DNA from: an uncultured Acidobacteriia bacterium
GTDB lineage: Bacteria > Acidobacteriota > Terriglobia > Bryobacterales > Bryobacteraceae
Direction of reading: 5' to 3'
DNA length: 64,000 nucleotides
NCBI GenBank assembly: GCA_903925015.1
Contig: CAIYDY010000318.1
Location: 11,299-75,298, forward strand
Position 1 is the stretch's first letter, and each line of letters starts with the position of its first letter. Below the pieces are notes generated by a model. The model was not told the origin of the DNA. It saw only the letters and a list, made by a program, of their open reading frames with translations, and did no database searches. This document shows, piece by piece, positions 21,031 through 29,852 of this stretch. A program made the translations under genes and the position numbers.

Positions 21031-21702
21031 TTACTCCACGCCAAGAATCTTCAGCCCCTGCCCCTTCGTCACCCGCATCCACAATGCTTGGTAGCGGGAA
21101 TCCGACATCTCCTCCTTCAACTGGAAGCGGAAGGTCCGATCGAGGACGCTGATTGTCAGGTCGAACGGCCCGGAACTGCCAACGCTTTCGATGTCGGACA
21201 TCCTCCATGTCCGCGATTCCCCGGGGCGCACGCTCTTGAAGACAATCCGGTCCTTGCCCACGACCAACGTGCCTCCCCGCACCGGCATCTGCCACTCGGG
21301 CACGACATCAGGATCCGCCAGGGCTGCAACAAAGCGCTTGTCGAGCTTGGCGCGGAAAATGGGATACCACTCCGTTGCAATGGCGACCGGTGTCTTCTCG
21401 AAAACGTATGCGCGGTCGCGGTTCAACGTCCGTAAACTGGGTTCATAGGTCAGGATTCGCGGGAAGTCCGGCCCCAGGCGCAATTCCTGGATATCTTCGA
21501 ACTTCCAGACGCGGGAATCTTTCACGGTGGAGCCCTTGCCGGATTCGGTGAACGTGATTCCGGCGTCGTCAATCTTCAACACCCCCGCGCCCCCGTGCCG
21601 GAGGTGTTTGTGGACCACGCTATAGGTCTTCGGAGCCGCGCCCAAGGCGGTTGCCAGCAAGATCAAACACGCGCAAGTCTTGGTTTCAGTTCGAAATGCC
21701 AT
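21031..21702 (-). CDS. exported hypothetical protein with an internal tandem duplication (PH/GRAM-like repeats)
   Basis: Signal-like 'TKTCACLILLATALGAAP'. Two similar halves: 'GGAGVLKIDDAGITFTESGKG...SRVWKFEDIQELRLGP' and 'RGGTLVVGKDRIVFKSVRPGESRTWRMSDIESVGSSGP'. The start overlaps the cusA 3' end by about 40 nt. Confidence 0.5.
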   Translation of the reverse strand: MAFRTETKTCACLILLATALGAAPKTYSVVHKHLRHGGAGVLKIDDAGITFTESGKGSTVKDSRVWKFEDIQELRLGPDFPRILTYEPSLRTLNRDRAYVFEKTPVAIATEWYPIFRAKLDKRFVAALADPDVVPEWQMPVRGGTLVVGKDRIVFKSVRPGESRTWRMSDIESVGSSGPFDLTISVLDRTFRFQLKEEMSDSRYQALWMRVTKGQGLKILGVE

Positions 21703-24700
21703 TTCCACACCTCATAGATTGCCGGGTACACCACCAACTCCAGAAGGAAGGACGTGAAAATCCCCCCGATCATGGGCGCCGCGATCCGCTTCATCACGTC
21801 CGCCCCCGTTCCCACAGACCACATGATGGGTGCCAGTCCCAGGAACATCGCGGCCACCGTCATGAATTTCGGACGGATGCGTTTCACCGCACCCTCCAGA
21901 ATCGCGTCCCGAAGGTCTTTCAAGCTGTTCAGCCGCCCCTCGCGCTCCGCATGTTCGTAGGCGATGTCCAAATACAACAGCATGAAGATGGCCGTTTCCG
22001 CATCCACCCCCATCAGCGCGATCAGCCCCACCCACACCCCGATGCTCATGTTGTAGCCGAGCCAGTGCAGGAACCAGATCGCCCCAACCGCCGAAAACGG
22101 CACGGCGCACACGATAATCAGCGTTTTCACCGCCGACCGCGTGTTCATGTAGAGCAGCATCATCACCAGGAACAGCGTCAGCGGCACCACCAGCATCAGG
22201 CGCTGGCGGACCCTCGCCATCCCTTCATACTGGCCGCTCCAGGAAATGGAGTAGCCGGGCGGGAGTTTCAGGCCGCGCGCTACCACCGATTTCGCCTCCT
22301 CCACATAGGTGCCGATATCCCGGTCCGCGATATCGACATACACGTAGCCGCTCAATAGGCCATTTTCGTCGCGCAGCATGGAGGGGCCGGTGGCCAGTTT
22401 CACTTCGCCCAGTTCGGAAACCGGAATTTGCCGCTGCCCGCCCATTACGGGAACCAGCACCCGCTCCAGTGCCGCCGGATCATTGCGGTACCCGCGCTGG
22501 TAGCGCACGTTGACCGAGTAGCGCTCGCGACCTTCCACGGTCGTGGTGACATTTTCGCCACCGAAGGCGCTCATCACCACGCCCTGTGCGTCCTCTATGC
22601 TGAGCCCGTTTCGCGCCAGCTTGTCCCGGTCCCAGACAACGTCCAGGAAATATCCGCCCGCCGTTCTTTCCGCGTAGACGCTCCGGGTGCCGCGCACGGG
22701 ACGCAGCAGAGTCTCAATCCGCTGCCCAAGTTGTTCAATCTGTTGGATATCGGACCCGAATACCTTCACCCCGACCGGAGTGCGGATGCCCGTTGTCAGC
22801 ATGTCGATCCGATTCTTGATCGGCATCGTCCAGGCGTTCGAAACCCCAGGCATCTTGAGCGCACGGTTCATCTCGCCCACCAGATCCTCCTGCGAAATAT
22901 GGTCGGGAGTGATGTGGCTGAACCACGGAAAGATCCACTTCGGTGCCCAGGGGGTGTACCATGTGTCGACCCTCCGCCACTCGACCACCGGCTTCAGGGT
23001 CACGATGGTTTCGGCCATCGAGAGCGGTGCCGGGTCCGTGGATGTTTCCGCGCGGCCGGCCTTGCCGAACACCTGCGAGACTTCCGGGAAGCGGGCGAGG
23101 ATTCGATCCTGCGCTTGCAGCAGTTTCTGAGCCTCGGTTTCGGAGATGCCGGGTACCGTTGTGGGCATGTATAGAATCGCTCCCTCGTCGAGGGGCGGCA
23201 TGAATTCCGACCCGAGGGTCCGGTAGACCGGCACCGTCACCGCCACCAGCGCCACCGCACCCGCCAACACCAGCCATTTCCAGCGCAGGCTCCATGCGGC
23301 CACGGGATGGTAAAGCGCGATGAGGATCTTGCTGATCGGATGGGATTCCTCGGAGTGGATCTTGCCCACAAGGACTGAGCTCACAAAGCGCGCCAGCCAC
23401 CGGGGGCGGAACTGGAAATCCTGCATGTGTGTGAAAACAAGCCGCATGGCTGGATCGAGCGTAATCGCCAGCACCGCCGCGATGATCATGGAGAAGTTCT
23501 TCGTATAGGCCAGCGGTTTGAAGAGCCGCCCCTCCTGGGCTTCCAACGCCAGAACCGGCAGGAACGCTACGGCGATGACCAAAAGGGCGAAGAAACTCGG
23601 GCCCCCGACTTCCTTCACCGCGTCGATCACCACGCGGTGGTAATCCTCCTTGCGGCCCGTCCTCTCCCATTCCTCCAGCTTCTTGTGGGTCTGTTCCACC
23701 ACCACGATGGACGCGTCCACCATCGCCCCCACCGCGATCGCGATCCCGCCCAGCGACATGATGTTCGCAGTCACCCCCATCATCCGCATCGGGATGAACG
23801 AAATGATGATGGCGATGGGGATGGTGAGCGCAGGGATCACCGCGCTCGGCACATGCCACAGGAAGACCAGAATCACGATCGAGACGATGATCAAGTCCTC
23901 GATCAGCGTGTGTTTCAGGTTGTCGATGGACCGCAGGATCAAATCGGAGCGGTCGTAGACCGGAACGATCTTGACCCCGGCGGGCAGTCCCGGCTCGATC
24001 TCCTTCAATTTGGCTTTGATTTTTTCGATCACGGCCAACGCATTCTCCCCTTGGCGCATCACGACGATCCCCGACACTGCCTCGCCCGTGCCGTTCAAGT
24101 CCGAAATGCCCCGCCGGATGTCCGGGCCAAGTTCCACCACCCCGACGTCCCGGACCCGGATCGGCACGCCGTCCTCGGCATTGTTCAGGACAATCTTGGC
24201 AATGTCATCGGTGGATTTGGCATAGCCGCGGCCCCGCACCATGTACTCGGCCCCGCTCATTTCCACCAGACGCCCGCCCACATCGTTGTTCCCGGCCCGG
24301 ACCGCCTCCACTACCTTGGAAATCGGGAGCTTGTAGGCCTGAAGCTTGACGGGGTCCACATTCACTTGGTACTGCCGGACGAATCCCCCAAGCGGCGCGA
24401 TCTCCGCAACCCCCTGCACAGATTGGAGTTGGTAGCGCAGGAACCAGTCCTGCACGGACCGGAGCTGCGCGAGATCGTGCTTGCCGGTGGGGTCGGTCAG
24501 CACATATTGGAAGACCCAGCCGATGCCCGTGGCATCCGGGCCGAGTTCCGTCCGCACACCCTGCGGCAGGCGCGGCTGGACCGCCGAGAGGTATTCGAGC
24601 GTCCGGGACCGTGCCCAGTAGATGTCGGTGCCTTCCTCGAAAATGATGTAGACGTAGGAATAGCCGAAATCCGAGAACCCGCGCACGGTGCGAACGCCCG

Positions 24701-24926
24701 GTACGGACAGCATGGCTGAGGAGATCGGGTAGGTGACCTGGTCCTCCATGATGTCGGGGCTGCGGTCCCAGCGCGAATAGACGATTACCTGGGTATCGCT
24801 CAAATCCGGGATCGCATCCAGCGGAATGGTGCGCATCGACCACAGGCCCGCTCCCACCGCGGCAGCCACCAGCACGAAGACCGCGAACTTGTTGCGCCCC
24901 GAGAACTCTATAATCGCGTCAATCAT
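21663..24926 (-). CDS. cusA: heavy-metal efflux RND permease, CusA/CzcA family
   Basis: 'MIDAIIEFSGRNKF...IPLDAIPDLSDTQVIVYSRW...QVTYPI' has a CusA-like N-terminus. About 1087 aa with a 12-TM RND layout. Confidence 0.9.
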   Translation of the reverse strand: MIDAIIEFSGRNKFAVFVLVAAAVGAGLWSMRTIPLDAIPDLSDTQVIVYSRWDRSPDIMEDQVTYPISSAMLSVPGVRTVRGFSDFGYSYVYIIFEEGTDIYWARSRTLEYLSAVQPRLPQGVRTELGPDATGIGWVFQYVLTDPTGKHDLAQLRSVQDWFLRYQLQSVQGVAEIAPLGGFVRQYQVNVDPVKLQAYKLPISKVVEAVRAGNNDVGGRLVEMSGAEYMVRGRGYAKSTDDIAKIVLNNAEDGVPIRVRDVGVVELGPDIRRGISDLNGTGEAVSGIVVMRQGENALAVIEKIKAKLKEIEPGLPAGVKIVPVYDRSDLILRSIDNLKHTLIEDLIIVSIVILVFLWHVPSAVIPALTIPIAIIISFIPMRMMGVTANIMSLGGIAIAVGAMVDASIVVVEQTHKKLEEWERTGRKEDYHRVVIDAVKEVGGPSFFALLVIAVAFLPVLALEAQEGRLFKPLAYTKNFSMIIAAVLAITLDPAMRLVFTHMQDFQFRPRWLARFVSSVLVGKIHSEESHPISKILIALYHPVAAWSLRWKWLVLAGAVALVAVTVPVYRTLGSEFMPPLDEGAILYMPTTVPGISETEAQKLLQAQDRILARFPEVSQVFGKAGRAETSTDPAPLSMAETIVTLKPVVEWRRVDTWYTPWAPKWIFPWFSHITPDHISQEDLVGEMNRALKMPGVSNAWTMPIKNRIDMLTTGIRTPVGVKVFGSDIQQIEQLGQRIETLLRPVRGTRSVYAERTAGGYFLDVVWDRDKLARNGLSIEDAQGVVMSAFGGENVTTTVEGRERYSVNVRYQRGYRNDPAALERVLVPVMGGQRQIPVSELGEVKLATGPSMLRDENGLLSGYVYVDIADRDIGTYVEEAKSVVARGLKLPPGYSISWSGQYEGMARVRQRLMLVVPLTLFLVMMLLYMNTRSAVKTLIIVCAVPFSAVGAIWFLHWLGYNMSIGVWVGLIALMGVDAETAIFMLLYLDIAYEHAEREGRLNSLKDLRDAILEGAVKRIRPKFMTVAAMFLGLAPIMWSVGTGADVMKRIAAPMIGGIFTSFLLELVVYPAIYEVWKWHFELKPRLARV

Positions 24927-24984
24927 GTTCGGCCTTCCTCATCTGGCTCTCCGAATTCAGCAGGAAGGTCCCTGACGTGGCGAT

Positions 24985-26166
24985 TCATTCCCCCGCCTTC
25001 AGGCCGCTGAGGATCTCCACGCGGTCGGCAAACCGGGCACCCGTTTCCACCGCGCGCGGCTCGAAATAGCCGTTCCCGCGGTCCACGAAAATGGTTTTTA
25101 CGTTCCCCGCGTCCAGAACGGCTTCGGCGGGAACCGTCAGACGCCGTCCCCCTCCCAGATTCACCACGACATCGACCCACATGTCGGGACGCAACTGCAT
25201 CTTCGGATTCAGCAGCTCCAATCGAACTTTTACGGTACGCGTGGCGGGGTCCACTTGCGGCTGGATGAAGGTGACGCGCGAGAAAAGCGACTCCCTGGAA
25301 CCGGGGATCGCAATGCGCGCCTCCTGGCCAACGCGGACTTTCTGCGCATCGGCCTCGAAAACGTCGGCCACCACCCAGACGCCGTTGAGGTCGAGCAGGC
25401 TGAACAACTCGGTTTCCGGGGTCACCCGCTGGCCGGGGAAGGCGTTCCGCGCAGTGACATAACCGCTGGCGGGGGCGTAGAAAACCACCGACTGCACCGG
25501 TTTCTGCGTGCGCTCGATTTCCTCGATTTGCGCCTCGGTCAGGTTCAAGAGCAGCAGCCGACGCCTGCCCGCCTCCACAAGCGCGGCGCTGTTCAACACG
25601 GATTCCTGCATCGAACTGTGCTGCATCACCGATTTCGCCTTCAATGCCAGCAGGTACTCCTGCTGCGCATTGAGCAGCTCCGGACTGTATAGCGTGAGCA
25701 TCTGCTGGCCCTTCGTCACGAACTTGCCCACGAAATCGGTGGAAACCTCGGTGATCCAGCCATCGGTGCGGGCTTGAACACGGGTGGCGCGGGTCTCGTC
25801 GGGCATCACGCGACCGGATACCCGGATCGAATCGCCACCCTCGCTCCATTCCGCAGTTCCGTAGCGCACGCCAGCCAAGTGCTGCTGCTGGTCCGGGACT
25901 TGGATTGCATTGTCCGGCTTGGGCTCCGTGTTGGGCTGCTCACCGCCGCCATCTGCGTACACCGGCTCCAGTTTCATGCCGCAATCGGGGGCGATGCCGG
26001 GCTTGTCCGACTTGTACCAGGTATGCATGGGGTCCACGTAGTACATGACCTTGTGTTCGGTCTTTGCGCCCGTCGGCTTGGTGGAGTACCAGCGGCCATA
26101 GCCGAAACCGCCGACGAAGACCAGTCCGGCGAAGATCACAACCGCCAAAAATTGCAGGATCCTCAT
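24985..26166 (-). CDS. cusB: efflux RND periplasmic adaptor (CusB-like) with N-terminal heavy-metal-binding segment
   Basis: 'YYVDPMHTWYKSDKPGIAPDCGMKLEPVY' is a metal-binding domain typical of CusB-type adaptors. Followed by barrel-sandwich/beta-barrel adaptor motifs. ATGA overlap with cusC. Confidence 0.85.
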   Translation of the reverse strand: MRILQFLAVVIFAGLVFVGGFGYGRWYSTKPTGAKTEHKVMYYVDPMHTWYKSDKPGIAPDCGMKLEPVYADGGGEQPNTEPKPDNAIQVPDQQQHLAGVRYGTAEWSEGGDSIRVSGRVMPDETRATRVQARTDGWITEVSTDFVGKFVTKGQQMLTLYSPELLNAQQEYLLALKAKSVMQHSSMQESVLNSAALVEAGRRRLLLLNLTEAQIEEIERTQKPVQSVVFYAPASGYVTARNAFPGQRVTPETELFSLLDLNGVWVVADVFEADAQKVRVGQEARIAIPGSRESLFSRVTFIQPQVDPATRTVKVRLELLNPKMQLRPDMWVDVVVNLGGGRRLTVPAEAVLDAGNVKTIFVDRGNGYFEPRAVETGARFADRVEILSGLKAGE

Positions 26167-27428
26167 TTGTCCCTCCCGCTAGAAAGCTCTACGCCCGTCA
26201 TTTCCTCGATTCGGGCGATGGCCAGCGCGTAGTTCAGCTCCTGTTCGTGAAACTGCTCCTCAACATCGATCTGTGTGGCCAGATTGCCGAGGACGGAAAC
26301 CAGATCCGCGTTGCCGGTCTGGTAGGCCGTTAGGGAAGACTCCACCGTGAGCCGACTCTGCGGCAGCACCGTGTCCGTGTAGAGTTTCGCCAACCGGGAC
26401 GCTGTTTCGAGCTCGGCCCAAGCCGAACGGACCCGAAACTGGAGCGACTGCTGTGCCGCCTCGTAGTTTCGTCGTGATTCCGACAGCAGGTCCACCTGCT
26501 CGGTCAGCGCTGGCCGCTGGCGGGATTCGGCGTGGAGGCGGATCGGCACATCGACCCGCACTTGGTACATCGGCGACATGCCGCCTTGGTTGTAATACCC
26601 TGCGGAGACGGTGTAGTCCGGGTGGAAGTCCTTGCGCGCCAGATTGACGCCAAGTTCGCCGCGGGCAACCATCTTCAGCCGCCGGTTGAGTTCGGGTGAT
26701 GTCTCAAGGGCCCGGGCCAGGATCTCATCCACAGTAAGGGCGGGATGCGGCACCTCCTCCGACACCGGCTCGCCGACCGGGCCGCCCGGTTTGCGGTTCA
26801 GCAGGCTGTTCAACTCGGCCTCGGCCATGGCCCGGTCCTGCAGCATCTTGATGATGCGGGTTTCCATCATCGAAAGTTGCGTCTGGGTCTTGAAAATATC
26901 CTGTTGGGCTGCTTTTCCGGCGATGTAGCGGGCCTCGGAAACCCGCAGCATGTCGGATAGCACGGCCTTGGCGTGTTCCTCAATGGCGATCGCGGCATAT
27001 GTGTGGTGCAGCCGATGCGCCGCTTGGACCACGCGGGACCGTACCGAGAGTTGCACCGCCTGGTATTGCCAGAACTCGGCCTCGGCGTCCTTGGCGGCGA
27101 TTTGGCCGCGCAAATGGCGTTTGCCGGGGTAGGGGATCTCCTGCGCCACGGAAAAACCGATGTTGCTGGTCGGATTGCTCCCCAACTGCTGGCCTGGCAG
27201 CGGTCCGCCGTTGCTGGCGTAACCCACGGACAGCACAGGGTCGGGCATGCTCGATTCGCGGGCACGGCGTTGGTGCGCGGCCTCGTACACTTTTTGGGCC
27301 GCGAGGATTTCCGGGTTGTTTGCCAGCGCCTCGGAAACGAGGTCGGCAATTCGGACGGGGCTGGCGGCGTGCATGGGCAGGACCCAGCCCAACACCGCCA
27401 ACACCATGAAAATACATGGGCTGGACAC
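26163..27428 (-). CDS. cusC: TolC-family outer-membrane efflux protein (CusC/CzcC-like)
   Basis: Two TolC-type repeats ('NPEILAAQ..YEAA', 'SPELNRRL') and operon position. GTG start; alternative ATG at 27407. Confidence 0.85.
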   Translation of the reverse strand: MSSPCIFMVLAVLGWVLPMHAASPVRIADLVSEALANNPEILAAQKVYEAAHQRRARESSMPDPVLSVGYASNGGPLPGQQLGSNPTSNIGFSVAQEIPYPGKRHLRGQIAAKDAEAEFWQYQAVQLSVRSRVVQAAHRLHHTYAAIAIEEHAKAVLSDMLRVSEARYIAGKAAQQDIFKTQTQLSMMETRIIKMLQDRAMAEAELNSLLNRKPGGPVGEPVSEEVPHPALTVDEILARALETSPELNRRLKMVARGELGVNLARKDFHPDYTVSAGYYNQGGMSPMYQVRVDVPIRLHAESRQRPALTEQVDLLSESRRNYEAAQQSLQFRVRSAWAELETASRLAKLYTDTVLPQSRLTVESSLTAYQTGNADLVSVLGNLATQIDVEEQFHEQELNYALAIARIEEMTGVELSSGRDK

Positions 27429-27485
27429 GGTTTCTCCTGAACAAATGCGTATGTCAACGGGGAAATGGCCGCAGATGCGGGAGGA

Positions 27486-27821
27486 TCAAATACGGAAAAT
27501 GGAGTGGAGGAGGTTCAGGTCGGGAGGGGGATCGGGGCGGTGCGGTGTCCATGCCACCGTCTGGCGGACGGCCATGACAGGCCCCCGGACGGGACTGGCC
27601 AGCTCCGCAACCTGGGATAGCGGTTGCGGAATCGACGGAGCCTTGGTTTCGGAAAACGCCTGCGTGGTGCAACCAGCCTGCGCGGTTGTTCTGGACTTCG
27701 CCTGTTTACAGCCACCGGCCGGATCGCAACAGCTCTTGGCCTGGACGCAGAACAGACATCCGCCCCACAGCAGGATCGCCGTGAGCAGAATCGCCATCGC
27801 GCGGCTGGCAGCTTGTCTCAT
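27486..27821 (-). CDS. small membrane-anchored Cys-rich hypothetical protein
   Basis: 'MRQAASRAMAILLTAILLWGG' is a hydrophobic anchor, followed by 'CLFCVQAKSCCDPAGGCKQ' (6 Cys in 17 residues). It lies 57 nt upstream of cusC on the same strand. Alternative TTG start at 27833. Confidence 0.4.
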   Translation of the reverse strand: MRQAASRAMAILLTAILLWGGCLFCVQAKSCCDPAGGCKQAKSRTTAQAGCTTQAFSETKAPSIPQPLSQVAELASPVRGPVMAVRQTVAWTPHRPDPPPDLNLLHSIFRI

Positions 27822-27863
27822 CTGTAGGCTCAAACTACAGCACGCGGCGGGCCAAATGCCGGG

Positions 27864-28193
27864 CTACTTCTTCACCGCGATCTTCGAGATTATCACCGAC
27901 TTGCCGTCGGCGGCGAGTTCGCCCGTCAGCGAAACCGTGGCTCCGGCGGCCTTTCCCAGGTCGGGGAAGGTCTGGTTGGCGATTTGAACCACCTTGCCGT
28001 CGTTCACGAAGGCGAATTTCGAGCCCGCTTTGACGCACGCGAGGGTGCAGTCGTGTCCGTTCACCGTCTTTGCGCCGGGCGACATCGCCGCGTGGTTCGT
28101 GCCGCACATGCTATCGGTAATCTGCCCGGTCCACGTCTTGGGGGCGCAGAAGGCGGGGGCTGCCACCAAGGTCAGCGCAATCAGAATTTTCAT
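27864..28193 (-). CDS. small secreted Cys/His/Met-containing hypothetical protein
   Basis: Signal peptide MKILIALTLVAAPAFCAP. 'DSMCGTNHAAM' and 'HDCTLAC'. Beta-rich C-terminal half. First gene of the cus-containing minus-strand string. Confidence 0.55.
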   Translation of the reverse strand: MKILIALTLVAAPAFCAPKTWTGQITDSMCGTNHAAMSPGAKTVNGHDCTLACVKAGSKFAFVNDGKVVQIANQTFPDLGKAAGATVSLTGELAADGKSVIISKIAVKK

Positions 28194-28319
28194 GTCGGTA
28201 TCTCCTGAATCCAGTATCCACTGATTTCCCATTTTGACCTTGAGCCATTTGGCGCTCCTGCTGCGTCAAACATTCGTTGGAGCTGTTCTTGGTAGAGTCA
28301 AGGTTTGTGGAGGATTTGT

Positions 28320-29852
28320 TTGAACATTCGTAGTGGAACCAAATGGGCACGCGCAGTTGCCGCGCTGGCGTGCGCCGCCGGCCTTCAAGCCCAGGATCTG
28401 AAGCAGTTCGAAAAGCGCGTTACCGAGTTCACGCTCGCCAACGGCCTGCATTTCATTGTTCTGGAGCGGCATGAGGCCCCCGTGGTCTCGTTCCACACCT
28501 ATGTCAACGCCGGGTCGGTGGACGATCCGAAGGGCAAATCCGGCATCGCCCACATGTTCGAGCACATGGCATTCAAGGGTACCGACCTGATCGGCACCAC
28601 CGACGCCGTTGCCGAGAAAAAGGCGCTGGCTGCCGTCGAAACCGCCTACGACGCGATGGAAGCGGAGAAGAACAAGGGCCCGCGCGCCGACAAGGCCACT
28701 CTGGCGAAGCTCGACGCAGCGCTGGATGCCGCAATCGAAAAGGCCGGCACCTACGTTGTGCCGAACCGCTACCCCCAAATCATCGACGAAAACGGCGGCG
28801 TCGGGATGAACGCCGGAACCGGTGAGGACTCCACCACCTACTTCTACAACTTCCCCGCGAACCGCGTTGAACTCTGGTTCTACCTGGAATCGGCCCGCTT
28901 CCTGCATCCGGTCCTGCGCGAGTTCTACAAGGAGCGCAGCGTGGTCCGCGAGGAGCGCCGTATGCGCACCGAATCCGATCCCCAGGGCAAGCTCGTGGAG
29001 TTGTTGTCCGCCACGGCCATGATCGCGCATCCCTACCATGTGTCACCGGTGGGCTGGGCCAGCGACATCGAAAACCTGCGGACCGACGACGCCCGCCAGT
29101 TCTTCGAAAAGTACTACGTCCCGGGCAATATGACGATTTCCGTGGTTGGCGATGTGGACCCGGCGAAGATCAAGGCCCTCGCAGAGGCATATTTCGGACG
29201 CCTCGCCAAAAAGCCGGTCCCGGGCCCGATTGTTTCCGTGGAACCCCCGCAGGAGGGCGAACGGCGCGCGAAGATCGAATCCCCCACGCAGCCGATCGAA
29301 TTCATCGCCTACCACCGGCCCAACCAAAACGACAAGGACGACCCGGTTTTCGACGTGATCGCAGGCTTGCTGTCAGGCGGCCGCACCAGCTTGCTCTACA
29401 AGGACATGGTCCGCGACAAACGGATCGCCCTCGCCGCCCAGGCGGACGCCACGTTCCCGGGCGGCAAGTATCCCGGCCTGTTCCTGTTCGTGTTGGTTCC
29501 GGCCCAGGGCCACACGCTCGAGGAGAACGAAAAGGAACTCGACGCCATGCTTGCGAAGTTCGTCAGCGAGCCGATCGACGAGGCTGCCTTGGCACGCGTG
29601 AAAACCAAAACGCGCGCCGGTTTGATCCGCCAACTCGATAGCAACGAGGGGTTGGCGCAACTGCTGGCCTCCTACCACATGAACTATGGAAACTGGCGGG
29701 TGCTCTTCACCGGGCTTGAGGACATCGACAAGGTGACCGCCGCCGACGTCCAGCGGGTGGCCAAGCAGTATTTCACGGCCAAGAACCGGACCATAGCGTC
29801 CACCTACCAGCCCACGGAAAAGGCTGACAGCAAGCAAGGGGAATCGAAGTGA
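28320..29852 (+). CDS. M16 (pitrilysin/insulinase) family peptidase, catalytic subunit
   Basis: Intact inverted zinc motif 'HMFEHMAFKGT' plus downstream 'VVREERRMR'. TTG start 6 nt after GGAGG; the ORF also opens at TTG 28305. Signal peptide. Confidence 0.85.
   Translation: MNIRSGTKWARAVAALACAAGLQAQDLKQFEKRVTEFTLANGLHFIVLERHEAPVVSFHTYVNAGSVDDPKGKSGIAHMFEHMAFKGTDLIGTTDAVAEKKALAAVETAYDAMEAEKNKGPRADKATLAKLDAALDAAIEKAGTYVVPNRYPQIIDENGGVGMNAGTGEDSTTYFYNFPANRVELWFYLESARFLHPVLREFYKERSVVREERRMRTESDPQGKLVELLSATAMIAHPYHVSPVGWASDIENLRTDDARQFFEKYYVPGNMTISVVGDVDPAKIKALAEAYFGRLAKKPVPGPIVSVEPPQEGERRAKIESPTQPIEFIAYHRPNQNDKDDPVFDVIAGLLSGGRTSLLYKDMVRDKRIALAAQADATFPGGKYPGLFLFVLVPAQGHTLEENEKELDAMLAKFVSEPIDEAALARVKTKTRAGLIRQLDSNEGLAQLLASYHMNYGNWRVLFTGLEDIDKVTAADVQRVAKQYFTAKNRTIASTYQPTEKADSKQGESK

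Noticed and set aside
24923-25849. 308-aa ORF overlapping the cusB region in another frame.
   Set aside because: It is out of frame with the clearly homologous adaptor ORF (24985-26166) and has Arg/Gly/Pro-rich shadow composition.
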